A stretch of DNA of 64,000 nt from NCBI GenBank assembly GCA_038045945.1, contig JBBSXC010000003.1, positions 64,001 to 128,000 on the forward strand. Reading direction: 5' to 3'. This document shows positions 48,692-59,470 of this stretch, piece by piece. The translations under genes were made by a program, and so were the position numbers. Source of the DNA: Nanobdellota archaeon (GTDB lineage: Archaea > Nanobdellota > Nanobdellia > Pacearchaeales > GW2011-AR1). The stretch's first letter is position 1, and every line of letters begins with the position of its first letter. Under the pieces are notes generated by a model. That model saw only the letters and a program-made list of their open reading frames with translations, was not told the DNA's origin and did no database searches.

Positions 48692-49696
48692 CTACTTTTT
48701 CCAGTTATCTCTTATTGGCTTAATGATTTTTTCTAAAGACTCAACTAAAGAATTCTTCAAATCCATAGGATGAATTTTACCGTTTGCATAAGAAGACTCT
48801 AAAGAGTCATAATCACTAAATGATAAGTTACCACCAAACTTTTCAGGCCTCGTAATAACAAACTCATCAAACCTAGGGAAAATTATAAGCTTAATTATTT
48901 GTAAAATAGGATTATCAGCTACATCCTTAGCAGGACAGTATGCTTCACCAATAGTCTTCTTAATTGTAGCATAATCATCAAGAACCGATATACCACTACC
49001 TGGAATTGACTTAGACATTTTTTGTCCAGGACCCTTAAGCGAAGTAATCAGAGGAGTATGAACAGCAACAAAATCATGACCTAACTCACTTTTCATATCC
49101 TTACCCATCATGTGAATCTTCCTCTGCTCTAGACCGCCTTCGGCCACATCAACACCCAAGTGTTTAATATCAACAATTTGCATTAGAGGATACCACAATT
49201 GAGAAACAGTAGCATTATCAACATCCCTAGCAACTTCTTGCATGCTACGAAGTCCACGATTAATAGTCAAGTTTTGAGCAAGCCTCATAACATCCATCTC
49301 GTATTCTGGCTTAAACTCGAAATCACTACCTAAAACAACATCAGCCTTCAGCCCAATAGCCTTAATGGTTCTTCTCCAATTATCAATCTCCTTCTTAATA
49401 TCATCCAGACTACCCTTACGATTAAGCATAGTGTGAACATCAGCTAACAAAAACTTAACCGTAAAACCAGCTTTTTGAAAATCCATAAGTTTAGTAATAG
49501 TAACAAAATGGCCTAAGTGTATCGGGCCATTAATTTCGTAACCACAATAAACGACAGGGTTCTTCTTAGACTTTAACAATTCTTTAAGCTGTTCTTCAGT
49601 AACTATCTCAACAGTATTATGCTTAATAATAGCTAATCGTTCATCAACACTCAAATCATTAACAATTTTTTGTTTATTATCAACCTTTTTAACCAT
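48692..49696 (-). CDS. tyrS: tyrosine--tRNA ligase (archaeal type)
   Basis: YCGYE, HLGH, YPLMQ, GGLEQRKIH, KMSKS, AYCP, IHPMDLK; no bacterial S4 domain. Confidence 0.96.
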   Translation of the reverse strand: MVKKVDNKQKIVNDLSVDERLAIIKHNTVEIVTEEQLKELLKSKKNPVVYCGYEINGPIHLGHFVTITKLMDFQKAGFTVKFLLADVHTMLNRKGSLDDIKKEIDNWRRTIKAIGLKADVVLGSDFEFKPEYEMDVMRLAQNLTINRGLRSMQEVARDVDNATVSQLWYPLMQIVDIKHLGVDVAEGGLEQRKIHMMGKDMKSELGHDFVAVHTPLITSLKGPGQKMSKSIPGSGISVLDDYATIKKTIGEAYCPAKDVADNPILQIIKLIIFPRFDEFVITRPEKFGGNLSFSDYDSLESSYANGKIHPMDLKNSLVESLEKIIKPIRDNWKK

Positions 49697-49744
49697 AATT
49701 ATTACAACAAAAAGGTAGTATAAAAATCCTATGTGCAAGAAAAC

Positions 49745-50017
49745 TTAAGCAGAACGACTAAAAGAAGAATAATCATCACTAAAGAGGATTTGTAAATAAG
49801 AATAAACATTCCTGCGAGTAAAACCCTCATCTTTTCTCAGGTTCGAAGAACTAGGATCGCAATTCGACCTAACAATATCAACAGCCCCTTTAAGAGTTAA
49901 AACTCTACCAAAAACAGCCCGAGAGTTAAGAAGATATTTAGTATCACCATCTTCTAAACCACCAGCAACAAAATCAAGAAACTTTTCATCAACCTTTAAA
50001 CCTCGAGCCTTAACCAT
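49745..50017 (-). CDS. hypothetical protein
   Basis: 90-aa ORF with GAGG upstream. Confidence 0.55.
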   Translation of the reverse strand: MVKARGLKVDEKFLDFVAGGLEDGDTKYLLNSRAVFGRVLTLKGAVDIVRSNCDPSSSNLRKDEGFTRRNVYSYLQILFSDDYSSFSRSA

Positions 50018-50095
50018 TACCTCAATAAGTATTTGCTAGTTTAAATAATCAGTGATGATAGAAAAGAATAAAAAACGACAAATTGACATAACAAC

Positions 50096-50344
50096 ATGGA
50101 ACAGAGAGAAAGATACGATTTGACAAACATAAGAGTAACAGCAGGAGAAGACGGAATAATATGGACTGATGCACGCAGAGAAAAAAATAGAAGAGACCTA
50201 GAAATCTTAGCAAACGCACAAATTGAAGAAAAAGATAGTAGAAGACTAGCAAAACTCGCAATATTTATAGGAACAATGAGCATGATGGGAGCAAGTCTTT
50301 ACGGAATTCTAAACTATATTCATTCCCAAGGCTACAACCTTTAA
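50096..50344 (+). CDS. small protein with C-terminal TM
   Basis: 82-aa ORF. Confidence 0.55.
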   Translation: MEQRERYDLTNIRVTAGEDGIIWTDARREKNRRDLEILANAQIEEKDSRRLAKLAIFIGTMSMMGASLYGILNYIHSQGYNL

Positions 50345-50411
50345 AGGTTAAGTATAAAAAGCTAGTTTTTTAACTTTATATAAGTGAAAAGAGTGATTAA
50401 TCAAGAATAAA

Positions 50412-51758
50412 ATGACGAAAACATTTGAAGAATTGGGTTTAAGCAAGGACGTAATAAAAGTCCTCTCAGAACTTGAAATAACTCAACCTACAGAAATACA
50501 AGAAAAAACGATTCCATTAGCACTTGCCGGAAAGGATGTTATTGGAGGAAGCGCAACAGGCAGTGGTAAAACGTTAGCTTTTGGTAGCGCAATCCTAGAA
50601 AACATTAAAGCAAAAAGAATAGTACAAGCATTAGTTATGACACCAACAAGAGAACTAGCCGAACAAGTTAGCGAATCACTAAAAAAATTCTCAAAATACG
50701 TATCCTTACGAGTAACACCAATTTATGGCGGAGTACCAATAGAACCACAAATAAGAAACTTAGCAGTAGCAGACGTGGTTGTTGGAACACCAGGAAGAAT
50801 ACTAGACCACTTACAAAGAGGAACAATAAGACTAGATGACGTTAAAATATTAGTCCTAGACGAAGTTGACAGAATGTTCGACATGGGTTTCCGAGACGAT
50901 GTTGAAAGAATAATAACAAAATGCCCAAAACACAGACAAACAATGTTTTTTTCAGCAACAATAACAAGCGACTTAGACAAATTCTCAAAAAAGTTTGCGA
51001 CTAACCCAGTTGAAGTAATGGTACAAAGCTTTGTTGACCCTACAAAACTAAAACAAGCATATTATGATGTACCAACAGGAATGAAGTTCCCAATGCTCGT
51101 ACACTTACTAAGAAGAGATAATGCTAAACTAGTAATGGTTTTTTGCAACACAAGACATAACGCAGACTTCGTTGCTAACAACTTAAGACTTAATGGAATA
51201 AACGCAGAAGCAATCCACGGCGGATTATCACAAAAGAAAAGAAGTGACACATTAGGAGGATTCACAGAAAGCGAAGTGCACGTACTTGTATGCACAGATG
51301 TAGCAGCTAGAGGATTAGACATCAAAGGAGTATCTCACGTTTACAACTATGACATTCCTAAAACTTTAGACGAAAACACTCACAGAATTGGAAGAACAGC
51401 AAGAGCAGGAGAAGAAGGAATAGCAATACACATACTAACAGAAAGAGACTACGAAAGCTTCAGAAAAATAATGAGAGACTCATCAATGATAATAAAAAGA
51501 GAAGACACACCAATGAACATTGACAGAGTGAAAATGGACACAGGAAGAAGCTTTGGCGGAGGAAGCAGTCACGGAGGATTCGGAAGCAGAAGTAGAAGCA
51601 GAGACGATGAAGAAAGAGGACCTAGCAGAGGCTTCCGAAGAGGACAAAAATTCGAAAGAATAAGCAGAAACAAAAGAGTAGCAGGATACAGAGGCGGAGC
51701 ACACAGGACAACAGGAAACAGAGGCGGAAGCGCAGTAGCAAGCCACAGAGCATACTAA
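50412..51758 (+). CDS. DEAD-box RNA helicase
   Basis: Q motif, ATGSGKT, PTRELA, TPGR, DEVD, SAT, ARGLD, HRIGRTAR; RG-rich tail. Confidence 0.96.
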   Translation: MTKTFEELGLSKDVIKVLSELEITQPTEIQEKTIPLALAGKDVIGGSATGSGKTLAFGSAILENIKAKRIVQALVMTPTRELAEQVSESLKKFSKYVSLRVTPIYGGVPIEPQIRNLAVADVVVGTPGRILDHLQRGTIRLDDVKILVLDEVDRMFDMGFRDDVERIITKCPKHRQTMFFSATITSDLDKFSKKFATNPVEVMVQSFVDPTKLKQAYYDVPTGMKFPMLVHLLRRDNAKLVMVFCNTRHNADFVANNLRLNGINAEAIHGGLSQKKRSDTLGGFTESEVHVLVCTDVAARGLDIKGVSHVYNYDIPKTLDENTHRIGRTARAGEEGIAIHILTERDYESFRKIMRDSSMIIKREDTPMNIDRVKMDTGRSFGGGSSHGGFGSRSRSRDDEERGPSRGFRRGQKFERISRNKRVAGYRGGAHRTTGNRGGSAVASHRAY

Positions 51759-51816
51759 TTAAGTAATACACAATATTATCTAAATCTTATTAAAGTAAGA
51801 ACACCATAACACCAAT

Positions 51817-52617
51817 ATGGATGAGTCAGAAACTTATGATTGTTTTGGAAGAGATGTACCTTTTGATGAATTACCAATAAAAAAACTTTACCAACCAGGA
51901 ATTATAAGTTCAAGAGACTTTTTTGATCCTGAAGCATTAGATGAAGGAGTAAAAGAATCATTATTCTTCAGACCTGAAAAAGTACGAGTATACTTTAACG
52001 ACATCATAGGAGGTATAGGCCCTAAGGATAAACCTAAAGAAAGGCATTGGAGTCAAACATTCCAAGAATTCAAAGAAATATTAAAAGAAGGATTTCCAGC
52101 AGGAATGCAAGTCCTATATGATCACGGTAATGGATCAGGCAAAGCTAGAACTACACCCTTTATTGATCCGCAACAGAGAAAAGATTATGGGTTATACCAA
52201 GCAAGACTCCACTTATTTGATGGAGCAATAAGAGGATTTTCTTGTTTTGTATGGCAAAACGAAGAAGGAATGAGTTTAAGATCAGAAAGAAATACATACG
52301 AAGATGTAGTGGCAAGAAGAACAAAAGAACTATACCATGATGGACTAAGCATGTGGGAAGGAAGAAGCGACGTTTTATTACAAGCAGGAAGAGAACTAGC
52401 TTACTCACTACAAAGAACAAACAGAGATTACACGCGAGGCTTTTGCGGAAGAAACATGAGAAACCCAGAAATACGAATAGTAATACCAGGAAGAGGAGCA
52501 TTAGTATCAAGACTAGTAAAAGATTCTAGTGTAACAGTTAGAGTAACACAAAAAGATTTAGAAGCAGCAGCAAAAGATGTAGAGAGAAGAAGAGAAAAAT
52601 TTGCATTAATACGGTGA
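51817..52617 (+). CDS. hypothetical protein
   Basis: 266-aa ORF with native codon usage. Confidence 0.65.
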   Translation: MDESETYDCFGRDVPFDELPIKKLYQPGIISSRDFFDPEALDEGVKESLFFRPEKVRVYFNDIIGGIGPKDKPKERHWSQTFQEFKEILKEGFPAGMQVLYDHGNGSGKARTTPFIDPQQRKDYGLYQARLHLFDGAIRGFSCFVWQNEEGMSLRSERNTYEDVVARRTKELYHDGLSMWEGRSDVLLQAGRELAYSLQRTNRDYTRGFCGRNMRNPEIRIVIPGRGALVSRLVKDSSVTVRVTQKDLEAAAKDVERRREKFALIR

Positions 52618-52677
52618 TTGGTTAAACTTATATAGTTTTATTGGCTTTAACTTTCATTATTGAAAGGAGGGAAAAAA

Positions 52678-53055
52678 ATGTTAAAAAATTTTATGGATAA
52701 GCACTCAGACCGGTTCTACCTAGCATTCAGAGTGTTAGTAGGATTCTTATTCTTACTTCACGGATGGATGAAGATTGGAACCATAATGTCACTAGACCTT
52801 AGCAATCTGATGTTCTACGCCGGAATAATAGAAATAGTTGGAGGAATAATGATAATTTTAGGATTATTCACAAGGTGGGTTGCTATAATAGCAGCTGTTG
52901 AAATGCTTGTAGCTTACTTTAAAGCTCACGCAGGAAGCGCCTTAAGTCCTTTAGTTAACAAGGGAGAACCAGCATTATTATTCTTCGCAGCATTCTTAGT
53001 ACTAATGACTCAAGGAGCAAAGAAGTACTCATTAGACAACCTAAGAAAGAACTAA
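52678..53055 (+). CDS. DoxX-family membrane protein
   Basis: RVLVGFLFLLHG..K, E.VGG...LGLFTR, NKGE, G..KYSLD; GGAGG upstream. Confidence 0.92.
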   Translation: MLKNFMDKHSDRFYLAFRVLVGFLFLLHGWMKIGTIMSLDLSNLMFYAGIIEIVGGIMIILGLFTRWVAIIAAVEMLVAYFKAHAGSALSPLVNKGEPALLFFAAFLVLMTQGAKKYSLDNLRKN

Positions 53056-53083
53056 AAAACAAACTTTTATTTTTTTATTTTAA

Positions 53084-53719
53084 TTATTTTTTGTCCAATA
53101 AAGAACGAGTTGTAAGATAACTCTTATGATAAGGAGGAGTAACCCCACCTTCAAGTAACTTATCAAGCAATAGTCTCTCACCCCTCCTAATACTAACAGC
53201 CCTAGGATTATCACCAACCTCTGTGAAAGGATCAACGAGAATAGTCAACATACCATAACGATTACCAAAAACTATATCAGTAAATAATCTATCACCAAAA
53301 ACAACTAGTCTTTTAGGTTCACAACCAAAATAATCAGTAACACCCCTAATACCAAAAGGCTTCTTCAGTTTATGCCTTATAACATTAATATCCATCAATG
53401 ATTCAATACTAACAGCCTTTTTTTGACCTCTATCGTCATTAGTTCCAGCATCATTGGACATAATAGCTAAGTTTTCTCCAAAAACTCTTTTGTAATCAAT
53501 AAAAGCCTTAGCCACATCTGGGTGTAATTCTAAACTGTAAGGATTTGTTAAAGTATTATCCTTATCAAAAACTACACCTTGAAAACCAGCATCCTTAAGA
53601 GCTGCAGGATTAATACAACCAATATCTTTTGCTAAGAAGTGAGGAATCATCATCTGAGGCCTAAAAAACCTAGCTACAGGATAATAAACAATTGCCGGAA
53701 GATTAATTGATTGAGACAT
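53084..53719 (-). CDS. HAD IIIA phosphatase, YqeG/GEP4 (PGP phosphatase)-like
   Basis: VFDKDNTLT, MSNDAG, H..KKP, GDRLFTDIVFGNRYG. Confidence 0.85.
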   Translation of the reverse strand: MSQSINLPAIVYYPVARFFRPQMMIPHFLAKDIGCINPAALKDAGFQGVVFDKDNTLTNPYSLELHPDVAKAFIDYKRVFGENLAIMSNDAGTNDDRGQKKAVSIESLMDINVIRHKLKKPFGIRGVTDYFGCEPKRLVVFGDRLFTDIVFGNRYGMLTILVDPFTEVGDNPRAVSIRRGERLLLDKLLEGGVTPPYHKSYLTTRSLLDKK

Positions 53720-53778
53720 AGTAGAGGGAATAAAAAACACTGTTAAAAATCTTACTGTCCTTATCTTAATTACCTTTT

Positions 53779-54249
53779 TTATATTTCATCCAGCTTCCAA
53801 GCCCCAAAAAAGTTAGGATTAGTTCTAAGGGGAGAGTAAGTACCGACAAAGCTTAGACCAGAGGGACCTAGATAAGAATAACCCTCATAGTCTACTTCTC
53901 CAAACCTATTAACGGATACGCCGTCAATACCCTCAGGAGCCTTACCACCATAAATTTTCCTAAAAGCTATCTTTCTGTTTTCCTCATCAAAAGTGCCGAC
54001 AATACCAGAGTCTCCAAAAACATCAAAACCTCTAGCGACGAATAATCCAGAAGGTAAATGACGAAAAATAGTAAAATCAAAAGTGTTAGGACCAAGAACT
54101 AAAGGCTCATTAGCTTTCCTACGATCATAATGAACCATATGCTCAGGAGTGTTAAGTGTTTGAGTATGAGCTCTGTAACCTCTAGCATAATCTGAATTAA
54201 CCTCAAAACTACCACGAAAAACCTTACCAGAAAGATCAAGAAATACCAT
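53779..54249 (-). CDS. hypothetical beta-rich protein
   Basis: 'G.DVFG.SGIVG...IAFRKIY...VDYEG...GTY...GAW' pattern. Confidence 0.6.
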   Translation of the reverse strand: MVFLDLSGKVFRGSFEVNSDYARGYRAHTQTLNTPEHMVHYDRRKANEPLVLGPNTFDFTIFRHLPSGLFVARGFDVFGDSGIVGTFDEENRKIAFRKIYGGKAPEGIDGVSVNRFGEVDYEGYSYLGPSGLSFVGTYSPLRTNPNFFGAWKLDEI

Positions 54250-54252
54250 CAA

Positions 54253-54663
54253 CTAAAGACTATCCTCCAAAGTTTTCAGATCTGAACGAGAAGTAAAATG
54301 AGTTACACCAGCAGTGTAAGCGGGAAGAGAAAAAATAAGAACATTTTCCTTGCTTACATCACCTTGTAAAGCTACACCATAACCAAACGTTGCCCCAGAA
54401 GCTAAACAAAAAAAGTCACGAGCCAAAGTCAAAGAAAAATAATCATTGAAAGGCTTAGACTCAGAAGAACGAGCACTAGAAGCCTGCAGTAAAGTCGAAA
54501 AAGCCCAAGTAACCCCACCAATACTACTTATTAAAGGACTGCCAAAACCAGCTGTTAGGCCAGTAAAAGTTGAGGAAAAAATTCTAAAAGAATCCAGAAG
54601 CCTAACATGTTTTTGAGCAAGCCTCTTATTAAAACCAACACGATAATCATCTGAACCACTCAT
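54253..54663 (-). CDS. hypothetical membrane protein
   Basis: 136-aa ORF with hydrophobic segments. Confidence 0.55.
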   Translation of the reverse strand: MSGSDDYRVGFNKRLAQKHVRLLDSFRIFSSTFTGLTAGFGSPLISSIGGVTWAFSTLLQASSARSSESKPFNDYFSLTLARDFFCLASGATFGYGVALQGDVSKENVLIFSLPAYTAGVTHFTSRSDLKTLEDSL

Positions 54664-54759
54664 CAACTAATAATAAGATATTCAGCTTTAAAAATATTAT
54701 TATAACAATGAACAGTGATTTCATAACGCTTAAAAACCTTCATTACTTAATAATCATTA

Positions 54760-55092
54760 ATGGCCCAAAAAGAGAAGAATGATTATACCATGCTAATAGC
54801 AGTACTTTTTGTTATAGCAGTGTTAGCTTTTGGTTATTATGCTCTTAGGGACAAAAAAGAGCCTAATCCTTTAGAAAGCAAAAATGTTATTGATATGAAC
54901 ACTAGCTGTGCTAAAGCCTGGGAAGGAGCAGAATTATTTGCGCAGATCTACGGGATTAACACAACAATAGTAGGAGTAAACCAAATAATTATCGCCCAAT
55001 GCAAAATAGCATGCGAAGACCAAAACAACACTTATTACGATTACAAATGCACATCAAGTGACAAATTCTTATGCTACTGTAACAAAAAATAG
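54760..55092 (+). CDS. membrane-anchored Cys-rich small protein
   Basis: TM then C..C...C...CYC pattern. Confidence 0.65.
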   Translation: MAQKEKNDYTMLIAVLFVIAVLAFGYYALRDKKEPNPLESKNVIDMNTSCAKAWEGAELFAQIYGINTTIVGVNQIIIAQCKIACEDQNNTYYDYKCTSSDKFLCYCNKK

Positions 55093-55150
55093 TAAAGCAT
55101 ACTTCTAGAGTGAATGAATGCTTAAAAAGAAAGAATAATTATTTTTATTA

Positions 55151-55873
55151 ATGATTGAGAAAAAAGCTTCAGAATACCAGACCGGAGCTGATGAGGTTTA
55201 TGATAGAGGAAAGATTGGACTTCAGTTCGTGGCATTATTATCAACTTCTAGCAAAGATGAGGATTTTACAACAGCAGCAAACCACAGAGAAATAGGTGGT
55301 AAAGCAGTTACAAAAGTAAGAGAGAGATGGATAGACAGAAATTACAGAAAAGATGCAGAATCATATAATAATGAAGCATTAAGATACGCAATACTAGTAA
55401 GAGACGGAAGAGTAGTAGGCGGAGGAGCAGGAGAAAATTTTGGTTTAGTATACGCAAGAATGTTTCGCCACTTTGTAAATGGAGACTTATCACATGTTAG
55501 AAGAGTAGTAGCATCATTTGATGGAGAATTACAAGAAAAGTATGAAAAAATGATTAAAGCAGGACTTAAAGGAATAAAAATTAGAGCAATTGGACTACCA
55601 AAAAGAGGAAGCCATAGTTCAGAACCACCTGAAAGCGATGATGAAAAAAGATTGGGAATAAGCTTAGTAATAGGAGCAGACATAGCCGCTAAAACTTTAG
55701 GATCAAGAGCTCGTGAAGGAAGACTAGGAGAACTAATAAGAGACGAAAGACTAGCAGGAGTTTGGGTCGGAGAAGAAGAGATATCTTTAGAAGAATTAAG
55801 ACATAAAATAAACGGAAAAGATGTAGGACAAGAAATATTTGAGAGTTACAAAAAGAACAAGATTATAGGATAA
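55151..55873 (+). CDS. hypothetical protein
   Basis: 240-aa ORF. Confidence 0.65.
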   Translation: MIEKKASEYQTGADEVYDRGKIGLQFVALLSTSSKDEDFTTAANHREIGGKAVTKVRERWIDRNYRKDAESYNNEALRYAILVRDGRVVGGGAGENFGLVYARMFRHFVNGDLSHVRRVVASFDGELQEKYEKMIKAGLKGIKIRAIGLPKRGSHSSEPPESDDEKRLGISLVIGADIAAKTLGSRAREGRLGELIRDERLAGVWVGEEEISLEELRHKINGKDVGQEIFESYKKNKIIG

Positions 55874-55944
55874 AAAAGAATTAATTTTATTAATCAATTC
55901 ATAATAACACTCAATTATTTAAAGCGATAATCACTAAATATCTT

Positions 55945-56886
55945 ATGACTAAGACAGCTATAACAGTTATTAGTGTACTAGTAATATTCCTATTATTTAC
56001 TAGTTACTTACTAATAAACACGTTACAAGACCGTTATGGAGGACCGCAAGACTTACTACCCAATAATTATACAGTGGGAATAAGCGACATAGCGAGTTAT
56101 TCAGACTCACAATTACAATTCTACCCTAACATGAGGTTTAATCACAATGACATTACTTATAGGATTAATCCTAGTTGCACTTTCGAACAAGCAGACCAGT
56201 TTGGAAGCGCAGCAGACCTACTAAACGACAAAGTTAAGGGACTAATAATAACTCAAGAACCATGGACTAACGAACAAGCAGACATAGAAGTATTATGCGG
56301 TAAAGAATACTTAGAATCAGACGACTTATACGTAGCAGGAGAAGGAGGACCAAAATTCGTGATGAACCAATCATTATTCACAATAATCCTAGGAGGAAAA
56401 GTAGTATTATACAGGGACTCATGCTCATACAATGTAGAACTACACGAACTATTACACGTATTCGGATTCAAACACTCAAACAACAAACAAAGCGTAATGT
56501 ACAATAATAGCCTATGCAGCCAATTCTTAACAGGAGACATAATAAACGAAATGGCAAGACTATACGCATACGAACCACTACCCGAATTATACTTCGAAGA
56601 AATGGTTGTAGTAAAACACGGAGCATACTTAGACTTTAACACAACAGTAGAAAACCAAGGCATGATAAACGCAAGCGAAATAAGCATGGATTTACTAGTA
56701 GGAGACAAAGTAATACAAAGATTCGAATTAGGAGACGTAAACTTCGGAGGAGGAAGGATCCTAAGAACAAAAAACATCCAGTTACCAAACAGAGACATAA
56801 AAGAAGTAACATTCATAATAGACCCAGACAACAAAACACGAGAATACACAAAAGAAAACAACAAAATAACACTAGAAGTAAAATAA
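55945..56886 (+). CDS. matrixin-like (M10) zinc metalloprotease with C-terminal CARDB domain
   Basis: HELLHVFGFKH, SVMY Met-turn; 'PEL...VENQG...IDPDNKTREYTKENN'. Confidence 0.85.
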   Translation: MTKTAITVISVLVIFLLFTSYLLINTLQDRYGGPQDLLPNNYTVGISDIASYSDSQLQFYPNMRFNHNDITYRINPSCTFEQADQFGSAADLLNDKVKGLIITQEPWTNEQADIEVLCGKEYLESDDLYVAGEGGPKFVMNQSLFTIILGGKVVLYRDSCSYNVELHELLHVFGFKHSNNKQSVMYNNSLCSQFLTGDIINEMARLYAYEPLPELYFEEMVVVKHGAYLDFNTTVENQGMINASEISMDLLVGDKVIQRFELGDVNFGGGRILRTKNIQLPNRDIKEVTFIIDPDNKTREYTKENNKITLEVK

Positions 56887-56892
56887 TAATTC

Positions 56893-57171
56893 TTACTTCT
56901 TAGACTTCTTTTTCAAAACTAAATCTAAAGCTTCGTGTAAATCAACGTTTAAAGTATTAGCAGAATTAATAAGACCTAACAATAATTCTCCAAATTCAGA
57001 TTTTATCTCATCACTATACTTATCAGGATTAGCACCATGTTCAGATAGAATAATAATGCTCATAGAATGCTTATCAAAATTACTTAAGAGATTAATAAGC
57101 CTCTCTTTAGGATGCTCATTAAGCTTGTAATCCTCACAAAACTTCCAAACCCTATTCTGAATATCCCTCAT
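56893..57171 (-). CDS. MazG-like protein (degenerate)
   Basis: 'IKSEFGELL...ANTLNVDLHEAL' matches the second half of MazG; first EExxE motif absent. Confidence 0.6.
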   Translation of the reverse strand: MRDIQNRVWKFCEDYKLNEHPKERLINLLSNFDKHSMSIIILSEHGANPDKYSDEIKSEFGELLLGLINSANTLNVDLHEALDLVLKKKSKK

Positions 57172-57223
57172 AAAGAAGTAAAATACTCACTTGTTAATAA
57201 AGATAATTATGATGCAATAATCC

Positions 57224-57583
57224 TCACCTAAGAGCAGCACTCAATTGTTCTTGTGTAAGCTTAAGCCATTCTTCAGCATAATAAGTGCAAAAATAGTTAT
57301 TATCATTAAGCAAACGTTGATCAGCCTTATCTCTTAAACTAAGCCAAGACCTATCAGTGATGATAATACTTCTAAAATCATAATGAGAAGGGTCTAAACC
57401 AAGATTAAGACTATAAGAAGCAGAATAAAACTTGTCAACAACCACTAATTCTCCGCCAACACCAAAACCATGAATCTTTCTCTCAAGCTCCGACTTAACG
57501 GTAAAAATGCCCTTATCAGCACCGCTCTCAGACTTAAAACCCTTAGAAGAAACAATATAGTTAGCAGTTAATAAATCACTCAT
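57224..57583 (-). CDS. hypothetical protein
   Basis: 119-aa ORF with upstream TATA-like element. Confidence 0.55.
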   Translation of the reverse strand: MSDLLTANYIVSSKGFKSESGADKGIFTVKSELERKIHGFGVGGELVVVDKFYSASYSLNLGLDPSHYDFRSIIITDRSWLSLRDKADQRLLNDNNYFCTYYAEEWLKLTQEQLSAALR

Positions 57584-57677
57584 AAAAAAAATTTGGTTAT
57601 TAAGATATAAAAGTATTATCGTGATCTAAACATAACTAAAAGGCAGATTTTTAAACCAAATTATCAGTAAATAATAA

Positions 57678-59462
57678 ATGATTAATGATAGTGAAGACTC
57701 TAATGAGAAAAAGTCAGCTTTGGTAAACGTGTTTTCACAAGAATGGAAAAACCTAGAAGGAGAGAAAAAATCATTTGCTACTTACACAACACTATTCTTT
57801 ATAGCAGGATTCATAGAATTATTAACGCCATTAGTAGTAGGACTAGTATTCAACTCAATACAAAAAGAGATAATGACAACAGCGCAACTATACCACATAA
57901 TATTCCTAATATCACTATTATTAGTGATTGATCTAGTATTCCAAATAATTCATGGCCTGGGAAGAGTTATAGAAGAAAGAACAGGATTCTTAGTGGGAAG
58001 AAACTATACTAATACAAAAATAAGCCAAGTTTTAGAACTGCCAATAAAATGGCATAAAGACCACCATTCTGGGGACACAATTGACAAAATAAATAAAGGA
58101 AGAGGAGCAATAACGAGGTTCTCACAATCATACACATTCCAAATAATTTATGCGATAATAAACCTCTTCGGATCAGCAATAATAATACTATTCTTCGACT
58201 TCAAAGCAGCAATAGCAGCACTAATATTCTCATTCTTAGTATTAGGAATTATAGTAATCATAGACAAAAAACTAAACAAGAAGTACAAAGAAATAAACAA
58301 GTACGAAAACAAAGCAAGCGCAGCAATATTCGATTATATAAGCAACATAATAACAGTGGTAACACTAAGACTTAAAAAAACAGTTAAGAAAGAAATAAAC
58401 AAAAGAGTAATAGCATCATTCCAGACAGAAAAGAAAGCAGCAGTACTAAACGAAATAAAATGGAGTTTTGCAAACATATCAATAACCATAATGACAGTAG
58501 TAATACTAGCATACAGAGCCTACAGCGACTTTAACAATGACGGAATAATACTAATAGGAACACTATACATACTATACGGATACTTATCAACAATGGGAAG
58601 AACATTCTTCACACTAGCACACGCATACGGAGACATAGTAAGATACGACGCAAACTTCAAAAGCGCAGAAAAAATTGATAAAGAATTCGAAAAAATAGAA
58701 GAAAAAACAGTAACATCATTACCAAAAAACTGGGAAAAAATAACCATTAAAGGATTAGAATTCAAGTACGACCAAGAAGGAAAGAAAAGACACCTAGAAA
58801 ACATAAACTTAGAAATAAAAAAAGGAGAAAGAATAGCATTAGTAGGAGAAAGCGGAAGCGGAAAAAGCACAGTACTATCACTAATAAGAGGACTATACGA
58901 ACCAGACAAAGGAAAAATTTATTGTGATCGAAAGATGATAAGTAACGGATTCCACGCAATAGGAGAAATAACAACACTAATACCACAAGACCCGGAAATA
59001 TTCAACAACACAATAAAGTACAATGTAGGAATGGACTTATCAAACAATAAACAAATAATGAAAGCCATAAAAATGGCAGAGTTCGAAAAAGTAGTAAAAA
59101 GATTAGACAAAGGACTAAGAACAAACGTTTTAGAAAAAGGAGTATCACTAAGCGGAGGAGAAAAACAAAGACTAGCACTAGCAAGAGGAATACTAGCAGC
59201 TAAAGATAGCCAAATAATACTACTAGACGAACCAACAAGCAGCGTTGACAGCATAAACGAAACAAAAATACACGAAAACTTATTCAAAAAATTCAAAGGT
59301 AAAACAATAATTTCATCAATTCACAGACTACACTTACTAAACAAGTTTGATAGGATAGTATTCTTCAAAAGAGGAAAAATAATAACTCAAGGAACACTAA
59401 AAGAATTAAAGAACAATAAAGAGTTCAGAACAATAATTGACAAATACAACAACAAAAAATAA
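57678..59462 (+). CDS. ABC exporter, fused TMD and ATPase (MsbA/ABCB-like)
   Basis: 6 TM segments; GESGSGKST, LSGGEKQR, LLDEPTS, IHRL. Confidence 0.93.
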   Translation: MINDSEDSNEKKSALVNVFSQEWKNLEGEKKSFATYTTLFFIAGFIELLTPLVVGLVFNSIQKEIMTTAQLYHIIFLISLLLVIDLVFQIIHGLGRVIEERTGFLVGRNYTNTKISQVLELPIKWHKDHHSGDTIDKINKGRGAITRFSQSYTFQIIYAIINLFGSAIIILFFDFKAAIAALIFSFLVLGIIVIIDKKLNKKYKEINKYENKASAAIFDYISNIITVVTLRLKKTVKKEINKRVIASFQTEKKAAVLNEIKWSFANISITIMTVVILAYRAYSDFNNDGIILIGTLYILYGYLSTMGRTFFTLAHAYGDIVRYDANFKSAEKIDKEFEKIEEKTVTSLPKNWEKITIKGLEFKYDQEGKKRHLENINLEIKKGERIALVGESGSGKSTVLSLIRGLYEPDKGKIYCDRKMISNGFHAIGEITTLIPQDPEIFNNTIKYNVGMDLSNNKQIMKAIKMAEFEKVVKRLDKGLRTNVLEKGVSLSGGEKQRLALARGILAAKDSQIILLDEPTSSVDSINETKIHENLFKKFKGKTIISSIHRLHLLNKFDRIVFFKRGKIITQGTLKELKNNKEFRTIIDKYNNKK

Positions 59463-59470
59463 GATTATTC

